A DNA stretch of 64,000 nucleotides, taken from assembly GCF_001194135.2 (NCBI RefSeq), contig NC_068994.1:34657653-34721652 (forward strand), read 5' to 3'. The notes under the pieces were generated by a model. That model saw only the letters and a program-made list of their open reading frames with translations. It searched no databases and was not told the origin of the DNA. Shown here piece by piece: positions 25,597 through 39,839 of the stretch. Source of the DNA: Octopus bimaculoides (taxonomy: Eukaryota). A program made the position numbers and the translations under genes. Positions within the stretch are counted from its first letter, which is position 1. The number at the start of each line of letters is the position of its first letter.

Positions 25597-26012
25597 TTTT
25601 AATGTCCACTTTTTCAAGCTTGCACATGGATCTGACAAAGTTTATTGAAGCAGAATTTTACAGCTGGATGTCCATTTTGTTGCAAAATGTCAGCTGTTTC
25701 CAAGCAAGGTAGTATTTCTCCATTACTAGACATATCTGTGCAGAAGATTGGAAATGGACACAACTTGTATGATAGTAACCCTCATTTACATCTATCAAGT
25801 GACATAAAAGCAAGGAGACACTAAAACACACACACATATACAGAGAGAGAGAGAGAGAGAATGGGCTTCTTGCACTATCTACCAAATGCACACCGAAGGC
25901 TTTGGTCGATTCAGGGCTGTTGTAGAAGACACTTGCCCAAAGTGCCACTCAGTGGGACTGAACTGGAAATCAGGAGGTTTGGAAGCAAACTTCTTATCAC
26001 ACAGTCACACCT
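25597..26012 (-). mobile_element. SINE A head joined to RTE-like tail 2
   Basis: Head at ~25860-26012, then (GA)/(CA)n, then a tail whose minus strand ends ...gcttgaaaaaagtggacatta. The same tail occurs at ~14140-14360 (+) and ~57868-58075 (-). Confidence 0.7.
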
Positions 26013-26629
26013 GATACATAAACAATAAAGATAACCAGAATGTGGGAATTGAAAATATAAGCAATTCCTGTAATAAAAGATATCAAATAGATAACCAAAA
26101 CTCCAAGAATTACAACTGTAAATAACATACCAGTATTAGGTGCTTCCTACATATATATTACATAATGCACATAACATATTGTCATCATTTTCTGTGTACA
26201 GAGTAATGATAAAATGATCAATGAAGGCCATGGTGTGGACATTGTGTTCTTGAACTCTTCACATAGCTGATTCAGAGAGAGGAAGGAAGAGAGAGAAATA
26301 GCAATCCCCTGGCATTTGACTGGTACTTTATTGGCTTCAAACGGATAAAAGGCACAATTGACTGCAGCAGGATTTGAACCTCAAGCACTGAGAGCCAACT
26401 AGAATAAATGTCACAAAGTATTTTATCCAATATGCTAATGACTTGGCCAGTTTGTCTCTTTCCGAGTATTGTCAATATAGTAGAAAATAGAAGGGGAAAA
26501 TGAAAATGAAATATGGCAAATTCCCAAAACAACAGAGCTAGTTGTGCTTTGGGTAGCACAGTGAAAGTACACAACAATAAGACTACTGAATAATAAATAA
26601 TATTCTATAATAATAATAATAATAATAAT

Positions 26630-27402
26630 CCATTTCACTATAAGCACAAGGCCAGCAACTTTGCGGGAGAGTGTAAGTCGATTATATCAACCCCATTTTC
26701 TTACTGGTACTTATTTCATTGATCCTGAAAGGTCAACCTTGGTGGAATTTAAATTTAGAACATAAAAACAGATGAAATACTACTAAGCATTTTGCCTAGC
26801 ATGCTAATGATTCTGCCATCTTGCTGCCTTAATAACAATAATAATTACATTGGTTTCAAATTTTGGTACAAGGCCAGCAAGTTTTGGGGGTAAGTCTATT
26901 ATACTGACCACAGTTCTCAACAAGTACTTATTTTATCAGCCCCAAAATTACAAAAGACAAAGTGGACTTCGGTGGAACTTGAACTCGGAATGTAAAGACA
27001 GACGAAATGCTGCTTAGCATTTTACTTGGCATGCTAATGATTCTGTCAGCTTGCCACCTTCTTAATAATAATAATAATAATAATAATGATAATAATAATA
27101 ANNNNNNNNNNAATAATAATGATGATGATGATGATGATGATGATGATAATAATAATAGAAATAATAATAATAATAATAATGGCTTCTGATTTAGGCATAA
27201 GGCCACAAATTTCAAAAGGAAGAAAAGTCAATACCATTGACCCCAGTACTTGACTGATACTTTTATTTTATCGAACCTTAAAGCGTGATGTTGACCTTAG
27301 TGGAATTTGAACCGAGAATGATGTAATGAGTTGAAAGAATTACTGCTAGGCATTTTTTTGTTCTTTTTGGATGCTCTAACGATTCTGTCAGTTCAATGCC
27401 TT
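26630..27402 (-). repeat. Train of three SINE B copies in a (TAA)n tract
   Basis: Copies at ~26632-26830, 26850-27063 and 27181-27402, all on the minus strand, separated by (TAA)n/(GAT)n. Confidence 0.85.
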
Positions 27403-29332
27403 GATAATGATGATGATGATGATGATTAATCAATTTCCTATCCTTGGTTTTAAAACCAATTGTCGTTCACCAGTGGTGCATTGTCATACGGTCCTCTTGC
27501 ATGCATTACGTCAAGTGAGAACTAAGGCAAACCGCTGTTGCCATAGACATATTTGGCAAAATTCCTTGCATGCAAAAGAAGACTTGGAAGTAATCGGTTT
27601 CATTCTCTAAGGCATATTTTGCGTCACTCAGTACTGTGGAAATATATTCCATTCTTCTCCAAATGAACTCAACAATGATCACAGATGGACAGATGCCATA
27701 GTTTTTAAGCCAAATGTATTAAAGTGCATTAGGTACAAATATCACTGTCAGCATTATTATCATCATCATCATCATCATTTTGTTCTAATTTCATTCGTAT
27801 ATACTGTTATGATCTGCTGCAAAAGTTTCCGACTTTGTTGGTCAAGCGCTACTCTTTCTTTTCCAATCTCTCTCCTGCTTTGTCTGTCTGCTAATTGCTC
27901 AAGGAAGAAGCTTTCTGATTCCTTCAGTGAATGTTCATCTGCATTGTTTGAGGATGAATTTGTATTGACATTGTCATCATTATCATTATTTGCTATCATT
28001 ATTTCACATCACCATCATCATGACCATGTCCCCCCCCCACCATCATTGTCACTTTCATCATAACTATCCCCATCATCATCATCACAACCACCACCACTAC
28101 CACCATTACAATGACCATTACCACCACCACAACCACGATCATCATCAACATCTTCATCAAAAGCATCATAACCACTGCCACCATCACCATTATTTTGAAT
28201 TAACACAGGAGCTTCTGCAAAGACTGGTTTGAAATATTAGCCTCCCTCCCCATCACTCTCTCTCTAAATGATACCCTTTTGTCTTAAAAGATGAACACAT
28301 TAGATGATGTAGTCCAAGATACATTGTGCAGCAAATACAAGATGGTCTTTGCTAGAGGTTTTTGACAATAGGTTTCCTGATCAAGGCTGACAAAAAATGT
28401 AGAGTTTTGCTTAAGAACTCAATGCTTGGTCTGGAAATCAAAATCATGATCTTACAACATTCTATCACAAGACCATGCACCACACATCAAGTTGTTAATA
28501 CATTTAATGCCAAACTGAGATTTGTTTGCAGTTATAGAAGAAGATACTAATCCAAGGTACCATGTAGTGGGACTGAACTCCAAACAACATGGTTAGGAAG
28601 CACACAGTGTATATACAAATCATATCTATATAAAGAATATCCTTTGATATCTGAGAGCTTCCGCAGCAGGTTTGCTATGTTTCAATATCTAAATGTTGCA
28701 TAAGAAGCTACTCACCCACCAGAGTTACTTTCGATATAATTTATTCTTAGCAAAGAAGTCTGCAAATATAGGAAAATTAAACAAAAGCTTTTGTAATCTA
28801 AAGGCTAATTATAGTCGAATGAACATTGAGGTTATTTGTCGCTGGACAGAGGTCAGTCTGACTACATAAATGTCAGTGTCATTTGGTTGATATCATCATC
28901 ATCATCCTCACTACCACCATAAAGCACCAGCTCTTATTATAATCATTATTGGCATGATCATCATCATCATCAACATCTCCAATATTATCTTCAATGCACC
29001 ACTACCATCATAATCAGTAGTGAAGAAATCATCTTTATGATGATCGCCACCACCATTGTTATCATTACCAAGTCACTGTATTGCCAATATCATCATCCTT
29101 ATCAAAATCATTATTGTCATCATCAGCATTACCAGCATCTTCCCCAAAATGACATCATAGATGTGATGACTGCCACTACCACCACCACATCTATCATAAT
29201 CACTCTGTCGTCATCACCATCATTATCATCACCAGTATCATCATTGAAGTAATCATCAACACCCCAACACTCCCAACTTAATCATAATCATCACTAAAGA
29301 GCTCATCATCATCATCATCATCATCGTCGTTG

Positions 29333-29364
<32 letters not shown>

Positions 29365-29887
29365 ACCAATATCAACACAGCTATCGTTACATAATCATTA
29401 TTGAAATGAACATTATAATGATTAATATCATTATTACCAAGACAATGTGCTGCCAAAAAACAGTCCTGTCTCCCCACCCCCATCATCAAATCATCCTCAT
29501 CATCATCACTATCACTACCCCATATTCGAAATTCCTTATCATTTGATTTAATATATCCCATCATAGCCCTACAGTGTGCTGATGAAATATCTCTCCTGCC
29601 AACCATAAATGTGACTGCACTTGCAACTGCAACAGCGTGTAGAAGTGCATATGTTTTGAAGCATGATTGTCTTTCATATGTTTATTGCACCGTGAAGAAG
29701 AACAGGGATAAAATATACAGATAAAGTAAAAAAAGGGTAAAAAAAAAAACAAAAAAGGTAAGCGGGAGAGAGATTTAGAGAGAAAATGGAATATGTATGT
29801 ACAAGGAGGGAGAGAGCCACAACCTCCACAATCATCACAAACACAACCCATCTCATCACAACAAACACAAGAACAAGAGTTTTAAAG

Positions 29888-29923
<36 letters not shown>

Positions 29924-30745
29924 NNNNNNNNNNNNNNNNNNNNNNNNNNNNNNNNNNNNNNNNNNNNNNNNNNNNNNNNNNNNNNNNNNNNNNNNNNNNN
30001 NNNNNNNNNNNNNNNNNNNNNNNNNNNNNNNNNNNNNNNNNNNNNNNNNNNNNNNNNNNNNNNNNNNNNNNNNNNNNNNNNNNNNNNNNNNNNNNNNNNN
30101 NNNNNNNNNNNNNNNNNNNNNNNNNNNNNNNNNNNNNNNNNNNNNNNNNNNNNNNNNNNNNNNNNNNNNNNNNNNNNNNNNNNNNNNNNNNNNNNNNNNN
30201 NNNNNNNNNNNNNNNNNNNNNNNNNNNNNNNNNNNNNNNNNNNNNNNNNNNNNNNNNNNNNNNNNNNNNNNNNNNNNNNNNNNNNNNNNNNNNNNNNNNN
30301 NNNNNNNNNNNNNNNNNNNNNNNNNNNNNNNNNNNNNNNNNNNNNNNNNNNNNNNNNNNNNNNNNNNNNNNNNNNNNNNNNNNNNNNNNNNNNNNNNNNN
30401 NNNNNNNNNNNNNNNNNNNNNNNNNNNNNNNNNNNNNNNNNNNNNNNNNNNNNNNNNNNNNNNNNNNNNNNNNNNNNNNNNNNNNNNNNNNNNNNNNNNN
30501 NNNNNNNNNNNNNNNNNNNNNNNNNNNNNNNNNNNNNNNNNNNNNNNNNNNNNNNNNNNNNNNNNNNNNNNNNNNNNNNNNNNNNNNNNNNNNNNNNNNN
30601 NNNNNNNNNNNNNNNNNNNNNNNNNNNNNNNNNNNNNNNNNNNNNNNNNNNNNNNNNNNNNNNNNNNNNNNNNNNNNNNNNNNNNNNNNNNNNNNNNNNN
30701 NNNNNNNNNNNNNNNNNNNNNNNNNNNNNNNNNNNNNNNNNNNNN
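29924..30745. other. Assembly gap (others include 458-920, 3846-3999, 11660-11865, 54635-55573 and several shorter ones)
   Basis: N runs, mostly bordered by dinucleotide microsatellites. Confidence 1.
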
Positions 30746-30789
30746 GAGAGAGAGATTACCAATACAATATTATAACTTTAGTATTCTTT

Positions 30790-31000
30790 TCTACTCTAGG
30801 CACAAGGCCCGAAATTTTGCGGGTATGGGGCCAGTTGATTAGATCAACTGCAGTATGCAACTGGTAATTAATTTATCGACCCTGAAAGGATGAAAAGCAA
30901 AGTTGACCGTGGCGGAATTTGAACTCAGAATGTAAAGACAGACGAAATACCACTAAGCATTTTGCCCAATGTGCTAACGTTTCTGGCAGCTTACCGCCTT
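30790..31000 (-). mobile_element. SINE family B (further fragments at ~6740-6870 -, 17800-17900 +, 40990-41130 +)
   Basis: aaggatgaaaagcaaagttgaccgtggcggaatttgaactcagaatg...ggcagcttaccgcctt. Confidence 0.8.
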
Positions 31001-31522
31001 ACTAACTTTAGTATTATTACTGCCAATTCATGTTAGTGGATGGTTTCATGCTGAAGAACCTTCCAAATGTGGAAAGGCAAATTAACAATCATCAGATGAA
31101 AACTTATTAAACTATATGCATGTATGTATGTATGTATGTATGCACATATGTACATTATGTATGTATGTATCTAAGTACATATGTATGTATATATATAAGT
31201 ATGTACACAGGACAGGCTTCTTTCAGTATCTGTCAACCAAATTCACTCACAAATTTTGCCATGTAGTTATGATGGCTGAGCCATCCAAAGTAAAATGTCT
31301 TCACAAAAGTGGACACATACCAATGACATGATATAAACAACAGAAATCTTGGCTAACTGCCCAATACTCGCTGAAATTGTCCATCCACAGCACAACAGCT
31401 CTATTAAAACATTTATTAGTAACCCACATCAAAGACAGTAGGAAGTTTGTTGAAAGAGAGAAAAATTCAGGTCAAACATTGACCAATATCAGAAGCTATA
31501 AAAGAAAATCTCTCCATTTTGC

Positions 31523-31607
<85 letters not shown>

Positions 31608-32197
31608 CACACACATATATAAACACACATACATAGAAATATATATATGTATGCACACACATATATATACACACATACATAGAAATATATATATTTATAT
31701 CTAAATATTTGTATATATATATTGGCTATTTCACATCAATTTTCATACTAGCATAGACGTAAAACCAGGCGAGGAAATTGAATGCAGGGTGGTATATTTG
31801 TTAGTGCAATAATGTTTGTTCTATTTTTGGGTTAGTAAAGAGCAGATTATTTATTTATTTTATATATCTGGTAAACAATAGCACCACAGGCTGTAGGTTC
31901 ACCTGTCTGCAGCATTAACGATAGCTACAAGGATATGGGAGTGTTAGTGCAGGAACAAATACCATTATGAGTGAAGCAATGCTGTCTGGCTAATGGAGAA
32001 AACATTACCTTGCTTGGCTATAGGTGAGCATTGGCCATAGGTGTGTATTGACCACAGGTTTGTGTTTGACCCATATAATCATGAAAAAAATGGACTTTAA
32101 AACAAAGATAATGAATACTTTTGAGGAAAAGTACTTTGCTAGGACTAAATATGGTATACCCTGTGGCATACATATCCTATCACTGAATATATATTTA

Positions 32198-32402
32198 CAA
32201 GGGGGTGCTGAAAAGTTCCTAGCTTTGGGTAAAAGAAAATACAGGAGGATCAGTTAATTATGAATTCCCCTCTCATATTCACACACTTATTGCAGTGGTC
32301 CTTCAATTTTCCTAAACCCTGTAAAAGAACTTAGGAAGTTGGGCCTCCAACCAGGCCTTTCATGACACCCTTAAAAGCTAAGAACTTTTTAGCACCCCCT
32401 TG
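32198..32402 (-). mobile_element. Mariner-derived MITE, copy 1 (205 bp)
   Basis: 29-bp TIRs caagggggtgctgaaaagttcctagcttt / aaagctaagaactttttagcacccccttg (2 mismatches). TA TSD at 32196-97 and 32403-04. Confidence 0.9.
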
Positions 32403-32689
32403 TACACACACACACACACACATGCATGCATGCACCTACAACAGGTTTATCGACAGTTTTTATCTATCCCATTCCATCCACAAGATAGTGTTCAGTCCAG
32501 GGTCATGTCAGAAGACATCTTCTCAGAGTGCCATGCATTGAGATTGAAACTGAAACCCACATAGATACAAAGTATACTTCCTTATCACACAGCTATGATA
32601 GTCTTCTAGTTTCCAGGAGATTTGGCTGATATTTCTAGGTCCGTTGTCAGCTCTAAGTAATCATAATTTTACATATGGGTATTAATTTA

Positions 32690-33190
32690 TTTAATGAATT
32701 TATTGTATACAGTGCTCAGTTGCACAACACATCAGAAGAAGTGGCCCAAAGTGCATGAACAGTTCATAGAATAATGCACAGGAGTAAAAAGAAGGTAGGG
32801 GAACATCACGTTGGCAAAATTTCAAGAAGCATAGAAGTTTTGAAGGATGTAGTGCCCTGAAAGCAGACAACTGACATGGGCAGTTTGTTCCATGCTTCAG
32901 CAATTCTGAGCATGAAAATGTTTTAAAAAGTCATAGGTGTGTTATTTTTTTATTTTGTAAGCATGTTCATGAGTGTTTGACATATGGAATTTAAAAAAAA
33001 GGTGCCCAAGGTTATTGTTGGAAAGATGGTGGATAGTCTGGTAGGTCTCTATCAAGTCAGTTGCAAGATGTCAGAACATCTGTTTTGCTGTAGAGGGGAC
33101 ATATGACTACCCTAATTGGAAAAGAGAGATGGTGAAACTGATGTAGTAAGCTTTAAACTTTAACGGTAGCATGCTCAGTAGGCCAACACC
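32690..33190 (-). mobile_element. CR1/L2-type LINE 3' end
   Basis: Minus strand: LATDLIETYQTIHHL...HAYKIKK...KHFFMLRIAEAWNKLPMSVV (WNxLP motif), followed by a short AT-rich tail. Confidence 0.75.
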
Positions 33191-33566
33191 TTAACTCCTT
33201 AGCCATTGTGTGGTTTTATAAATCTTCATTTATGTAACTAGAAATTTGATATCTAGAAAGACAGAAAGAGCAGCTAACTGTAAAAATATTGTTCACTCAC
33301 TCTCTCTTTCTCTCTATCTCTCTTAATGACAAAAATGAAACTAGGAAACCGATTAAAGACATATTTCCTTTTAATCCAAGAACTAGTTGGAAATATGACA
33401 TTAGAAATAATTTTAGATTCAAAATATCTATTTTAATTTTTCTATATCAAATAATTCTGACAGATATTTACCATTTTAGTCGATGCATGACAGCACAAAG
33501 AAAATATAAATGGATGCTTAACCATTTATTTTAATCATGATAATCACCACCACCAACACCACAACT

Positions 33567-33609
<43 letters not shown>

Positions 33610-34049
33610 CCAGCAGCATTACCACCACCACCAACATGGAGTTGACGATACTGATGCTTATAATGATGGTGGTGGAGGTAGTCAGGTCTGTGGTGGCTGA
33701 AGTAATAGTATGTCATGAGAATTAGAATGATAGGAATGATTATCATAAGAAAGAAGGAAGCTGATGATGAAGATCAGCAAAGGGTAGTTAGGAAGAGTTT
33801 CACCCAGAAAAAACATATAACAAAATCTACAGATAGGATTGTGTCAATCACCATAACTACACATTGTACGGTACAAAAAATATATAGTCAGACAATGGCT
33901 TAGCTGATTGAAAAAATCGATGTCACTGTCAACAATATTCTGGTTTAAGGATGAAAAATTTGCACTCTACAAAGTATAGTCTAAACTATCAGATTAATGT
34001 AAAAAGAAACTATATATATATATATATATATGCACACACACACACACAT

Positions 34050-34082
<33 letters not shown>

Positions 34083-34159
34083 CGTATACATATATATATC
34101 ANNNNNNNNNNNNNNNNNNNNNNNNNNNNNNNNNNNNNNNNNNNNNNNNNNNNNNNNNN

Positions 34160-34224
<65 letters not shown>

Positions 34225-34538
34225 AAGAAAAGCAACAAAAATTCATTAGGTTATAGCAGTACGCACGTTTCGTACAAACTTCATTTATTTATGGAGTGAG
34301 AACACCACATAAGATGTGCAATGAAAATGTACTCCTCAGCTGCATAATGGAAGTTCATTTTAGAAAGTCATTTTGTAGATGTGTGCAAAAACAAGAGTAG
34401 GAGATGAAGAAAACACCATCTTGACTGGACTGTTAATCAACAGACTGTTGACAAAATCAAAAACAAACTATACGCATGTATGAAATGAAAAATATAAAAT
34501 GGTGACAATTTACAATTGCACCCTGTTTATATATATAT

Positions 34539-34738
34539 ATATCGTTGCTATTATGCAAAGATGTTGTAAGTCCAAAATGTTGGTTTTTCACAAAACAAAA
34601 AAATAGTTTCACCATTCCATAGCAAAACTGTTGCACTATACTTTGACAATTTTTATATCTTGGCATCTGAAGCAGCTGGGGATATGATAATTTGACCAAA
34701 TCTGGACATACGCTAGTTTAACATAATAGTAACGATAT
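34539..34738. mobile_element. Same MITE, short copy
   Basis: TIRs atatcgttgctattatg / cataatagtaacgatat. Internally colinear with 10331-10584 but ~50 bp shorter. Confidence 0.75.
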
Positions 34739-34807
34739 TTATGTATATTTATGCATATTGATATGCATATGTGTGTGTGTTGTGTGTATATGCATATGGA
34801 TATGCAT

Positions 34808-34864
<57 letters not shown>

Positions 34865-34889
34865 TATATATATACACACACACACATAC

Positions 34890-34920
<31 letters not shown>

Positions 34921-35605
34921 GTGTGTGCATGTGTCTATACATAGACAGGTAGATAAACAAATACACAGACAGACATTCTGTTTCAGAGGATATATCAATT
35001 AGTGGGGTTTCTTTCCAAAGACAGTAAACCTATAAAATTTATGCGTGTGTGCGTGTATGCACTTGCACGCGCATGTGTGTGTATGTGTGCACGTATGCAT
35101 ACACATATATACACATACTCACCCACTCACACACATGTGCATATATCTTCATGCATTCTCATGCTAAATTTAAAAGTGCAAATGCACTTTTTTTAGTTCA
35201 CCATATTTCCAAGGATTCAATTGGACTCATGCTTATAAACATTCACGCACACACACACACACAAAATAGTCTTCAAAATAACATTACTCTTGCTTCCTCT
35301 TTTTCTATGCATGTGTATGTACACACGGACACACACAATACATATACATATATGTATGTATACACACACATACACATAATGATGCAACAAAAAATTTCAG
35401 ATGTAACATTATGTTCTATCTCTGCACACATACATATATATATATATATATATANNNNNNNNNNNNNNNNNNNNNNNNNNNNNNNNNNNNNNNNNNNNNN
35501 NNNNNNNNNNNNNNNNNNNNNNNNNNNNNNNNNNNNNNNNNNNNNNNNNNNNNNNNNNNNNNNNNNNNNNNNNNNNNNNNNNNNNNNNNNNNNNNNNNNN
35601 NNNNN

Positions 35606-35647
<42 letters not shown>

Positions 35648-35931
35648 AACCTCAAAAAATAGGTTGTCAGAGAGAATGATAAATTCAATATAAATCTAAC
35701 TAATGCAACACGGAATTATATGTGATATATGGTATGATATCATATGCAGATATGCCACAACTGCATGTGAGCAGGCAAAAGCATACATGCATGCATTTAT
35801 ATGTGTGAGAATATGTATTTGTAAATATGCTGATTACTATACATATATGCGGGTATATACACACATATGCATCCAAGTATGGAAAGAGACACCTATGTGT
35901 ATGTCCACATCTTCTTCCTCTTTCTCTCCTT

Positions 35932-35978
<47 letters not shown>

Positions 35979-36284
35979 GTGTGTGTGTATATATATAAGA
36001 ATGTATATATGTATGTATGTATACACACACACATTGAGAGAGAAAAAGAGTGATAAATATGAAGATAAAGAAAAGATAAGGATAAATGCTGAGATATATA
36101 CGTATGTGTTTCTGTGTGTATACACACACAAACACACATATATATATACATATATATATATTATATATATATATAAGCCATGATTGCATGATATGCAAGT
36201 CAAATATGTGTAAATATGTATATTCCATTTGCATGTTGTGCAATCATGGGTTCACTGTAGGAGATATTGACCTAGCATGCAAGT

Positions 36285-36328
<44 letters not shown>

Positions 36329-36384
36329 TTATACATACATACATACATACATACGTGTGTGTGTGTGAATCTCCTGCATTGAAA

Positions 36385-36560
36385 TCCCAATTATGTGACA
36401 TCAGCTTCATTGGGCTGGACTTGAGCGTGTGAATACCAAACCATTGGTTGGCCAAACAACCCTTCTCCAAGCGGAAAGAAGGAGAGCATAAGCAATGAGG
36501 GTAAAGAATGCAGCTTAAAGACATGAAGAAAGGAATTTCAGAAAAGGGATAAGGACTGCA
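36385..36560 (+). mobile_element. RTE-like LINE C-terminal remnant
   Basis: HQLHWAG motif followed by decayed sequence resembling the RTE C-terminus. Confidence 0.5.
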
Positions 36561-36790
36561 TCAGTGAATTCATAACAACATCATCATCATTACTTTTAAC
36601 AGCCACCTTTCCATCTTGGCACAAGTCATATGAAACATGCATAGGCAGATTTTCTACAGCATGCTCATCCTGTCATGGACCCTCACCTATTTCCAAGTAA
36701 GGTAATATTTTCCCTGGTTCTTCCGAAAACAAGCAGCTCAATGGCTAAACATATTTTCATGAAAGATTTTAAATAAACATGCCATTTGTA

Positions 36791-37006
36791 CAAGTGGAAG
36801 CTGAAAAGTTCCTGGTTTTAAGGGTATTGCGAAAGGTGTGGTTGCAGCCAAACCTTCTGAGTTCTTTTACGGAGCTTAGAAAAACTGAAGAACCACTACA
36901 ATAGGCGTGTGAATCTGAGAGGAGAATATATTGAATAAAATCATAACTAACTGATTCTCCTGTATTTTCTTTTACCCACAGTAAGGAACTTTTCGGCACC
37001 CCTTTG
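36791..37006 (+). mobile_element. Mariner-derived MITE, copy 2 (216 bp)
   Basis: Homologous to 32198-32402 in the opposite orientation. TA on both sides. Carries LEKLKNHYNRRVNLRGEYIE* (36876-36938), like a mariner transposase C-terminus. Confidence 0.85.
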
Positions 37007-37839
37007 TATGGACAATGATTTTGTTTTCACACAACAGGCAAACAATGTCAAGACAAGAGGAAACAGATGCACATACTTGTGCACAGCATCGGTCAGCTCA
37101 AGGCAACTGTAGAAAACACCTGTCCACTGTGTCATGTTGTAGAAACACTTCTTGTTACCACACAAAATTCTCATATGTAAACTCATAAACTGGAAGCTTG
37201 GAAATTAAGAACTAGCTTTATGCTATGCCCTTGGCTAGTTGAGGAACAACTTGTATATTTTGACATGTGATTAATTTTATTGAGTGCAGACTCAGCTTGA
37301 TCTTTATATATAAATATACGTTTTAAGATTTTAGTGATACTAGGAAACTACAAGATAATGCACCTTTTAGCATTTAAACTGACCATACCTGGCACAAATT
37401 TTCTATTTGTTTTATGTTCAAACCAACCAGATTTAACTTCTCACACCTACCCTATACCACTGCTTCAGCCAACTGCCATATTATCCCCTCCCTTTGCCTT
37501 TTATTATCACTAACCTAAAGTCTTCTTTGCTTTGGTCTCTGTTCCTCAGAGACCAAATGGCCCCTGTTTTCTGAGTGGGTTTGGTTTCATATAATGGTCT
37601 CTATTCCTCAGAGCTGACTAGTTTCATATCCCCTTCTTTTTAATCAGACATTCCCAAGAAACTCACTTCACTGTTGTTGTATCCAATTCCTCAGGCTCTG
37701 CATTAACCACTATTCCTAGTCTTTCTTCCTGAGAACATCTTATCCTCTGGAATATTTTCTCTATTCATATCTCGTTAAGGTATCCAGCTCCACTGGTCTC
37801 AGAAGCTCCTACAGAATCAGTATGTGAAAATAAAACCCT

Positions 37840-39330
37840 TTACCTATCAATCTTTCTACCTGTCTCTCTGATGTACCTATCTACCCTACCTTTTGTATGT
37901 CAGTCTTTGTACATATGCATCTGTCTATCTATTTACCTGTCAGTCTGTCTATTTATCTATCTGTCTATTTATCGATTAGTTTCTGTCTATTGATCTATCT
38001 ACCTACCTACCTACCTACCTATCTACCTACCCACCCATCTAGCTCTCTACCTATCTACAAATGTATCTGCCAGTCTGTCTATTTCAGTTCAATTCACCTA
38101 ATCCATCTAACTACCTATCTGCTTATCTATCTATCAATCCATCCATCAATAATCTATGTTTATTTGTCATTGAACTATTACATATAAGAAGTAAAAATTA
38201 AACTCATATCTTTCTATCAAACTTGTTTGTAAATTCATATATGGATGGCATAAAAAGTCCTATATATGATATCCATCTATCAATATCCTTCAGTATCAAA
38301 TATCATACTGGTGATATTCCGATGATACAGAGCTGTTGTCAATTTATCGCTGGGATTGGGTTCCGACATTTACTTTTACATCGAACACTTTGTACTATCT
38401 GATACTGCAAATAAATAAATAAATGAATACAGAAAAAATATTCACTTTTTTTTTACATAATTGGTTTGTCTGTTTGTCATAACCATTTTGTGTTTTTTCC
38501 TTTTTTTCTCTCTCTTTTATCTTGTTTTTCTCATTTTCCCTGAAATTGCCCAGTTATTTTGTCAGCCCATTTGATTCTTTGGCAAAATATTATTCTTGTT
38601 TTTGTTCATGTTTACTGATAATATATAAGGGAAATTAGCAGCCCTACCATTTCCTCTGTTTATTTATTTATTTATTTATCATATAGTTTTTGTGTGTGCT
38701 TGATCTTTTTTGTTGTTTTTACTTATTTATTTCATAGTCTTGGTTGTGCACCAACTACAATTAAAGTGCTTGTCATTCAACCATCCTTCTCTGCTCTACA
38801 ATCTCTCCACTTACACAAACTTCCTCTATTTACTTCCCTTTTTTTCTCCTCTCTCTTTCACTCTCGTCTCCTCCATATAAACATTACATTGCATTATTCA
38901 CTCTCTTCTTAACCAACTAACCACTGTTATATAATATATGCCTGTGCATTTCCTGTGTCTATTGATGAAGTGAGAGCCATCCAGCCAGTCAGTCATCCAT
39001 CCATCTATCTATCTACCATCGATCTATCAATCTTTCCATTCACCTAGCTCTACATTAATCCATCAATCTACTCTCTTCATACCTCTGTCCACTTATCTAC
39101 TTTCTGATCCATTGATCCATTTAACCTATCCATCCATCCATCTTGCCATCCATTTATCCAATCATCCGTATCTTTTTCCATCTATGCTCTTTCCCCATCA
39201 ACTTACCAGTCCAGTCATTTTTCATCTACCCGATCATCTCTCTGTCCATCCATCTATTTCTCCAATCCATCCATCAATCAATCCATTAATCTTACCACCA
39301 ATCTGGCCATCCTCTCATCCAACGATTCTT
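37840..39330. repeat. Degenerate (ATCT)n/(ATCC)n tetranucleotide domains (also 49700-50640)
   Basis: Directly visible. Confidence 0.85.
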
Positions 39331-39839
39331 TGATCCATCTGTCCCTGCTTAGTGCAATGACATTACCTGGTTTTTATATTGGTGGCTAATAGAGAAGAGA
39401 GGGTAAAGTTTCCTCGACACACGGCTAGATGTTACCTCTCGCTTGTAAACATCTCATCTAGGCTACAAGACAGACATGCTGCCAACTGCATTTGAAATAA
39501 CAATTCCATCTCCCTTAAATCACACCATACTGTCTTTAAAAATAAAAAAATGGAAAGAAGCAATGGATCATGTAGTTCTAGATATACAAAATGATGAAGC
39601 AGTCATGGATGAAATGTTTTATCATTGGTTAACTCAATCAAATCTGACCTGGGGCATAGCAACAACAGCATAAAGCTATTTCATTTTATTCCCATTTCAT
39701 TCTCATTATAAATCATATGTGACTGTAGCTAATTGATAAATTTGATAGAGCAGTGATTTTTTTTTTCTGGCACTTAATGTTCTGAGTTTATAAACATTTA
39801 TAAGAAAGAAAAGAAGCCTTTCAGATGTGGATTTTTCAT

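Noticed and set aside
31046-31100. CTGAAGA...GAAA motif
   Set aside because: No consistent stems II, III or I; chance match.
37533-37615. Short hairpin ggtctctg-ttcct-cagagacc with a partial duplicate
   Set aside because: Only an 8-bp stem; not distinguishable from background.
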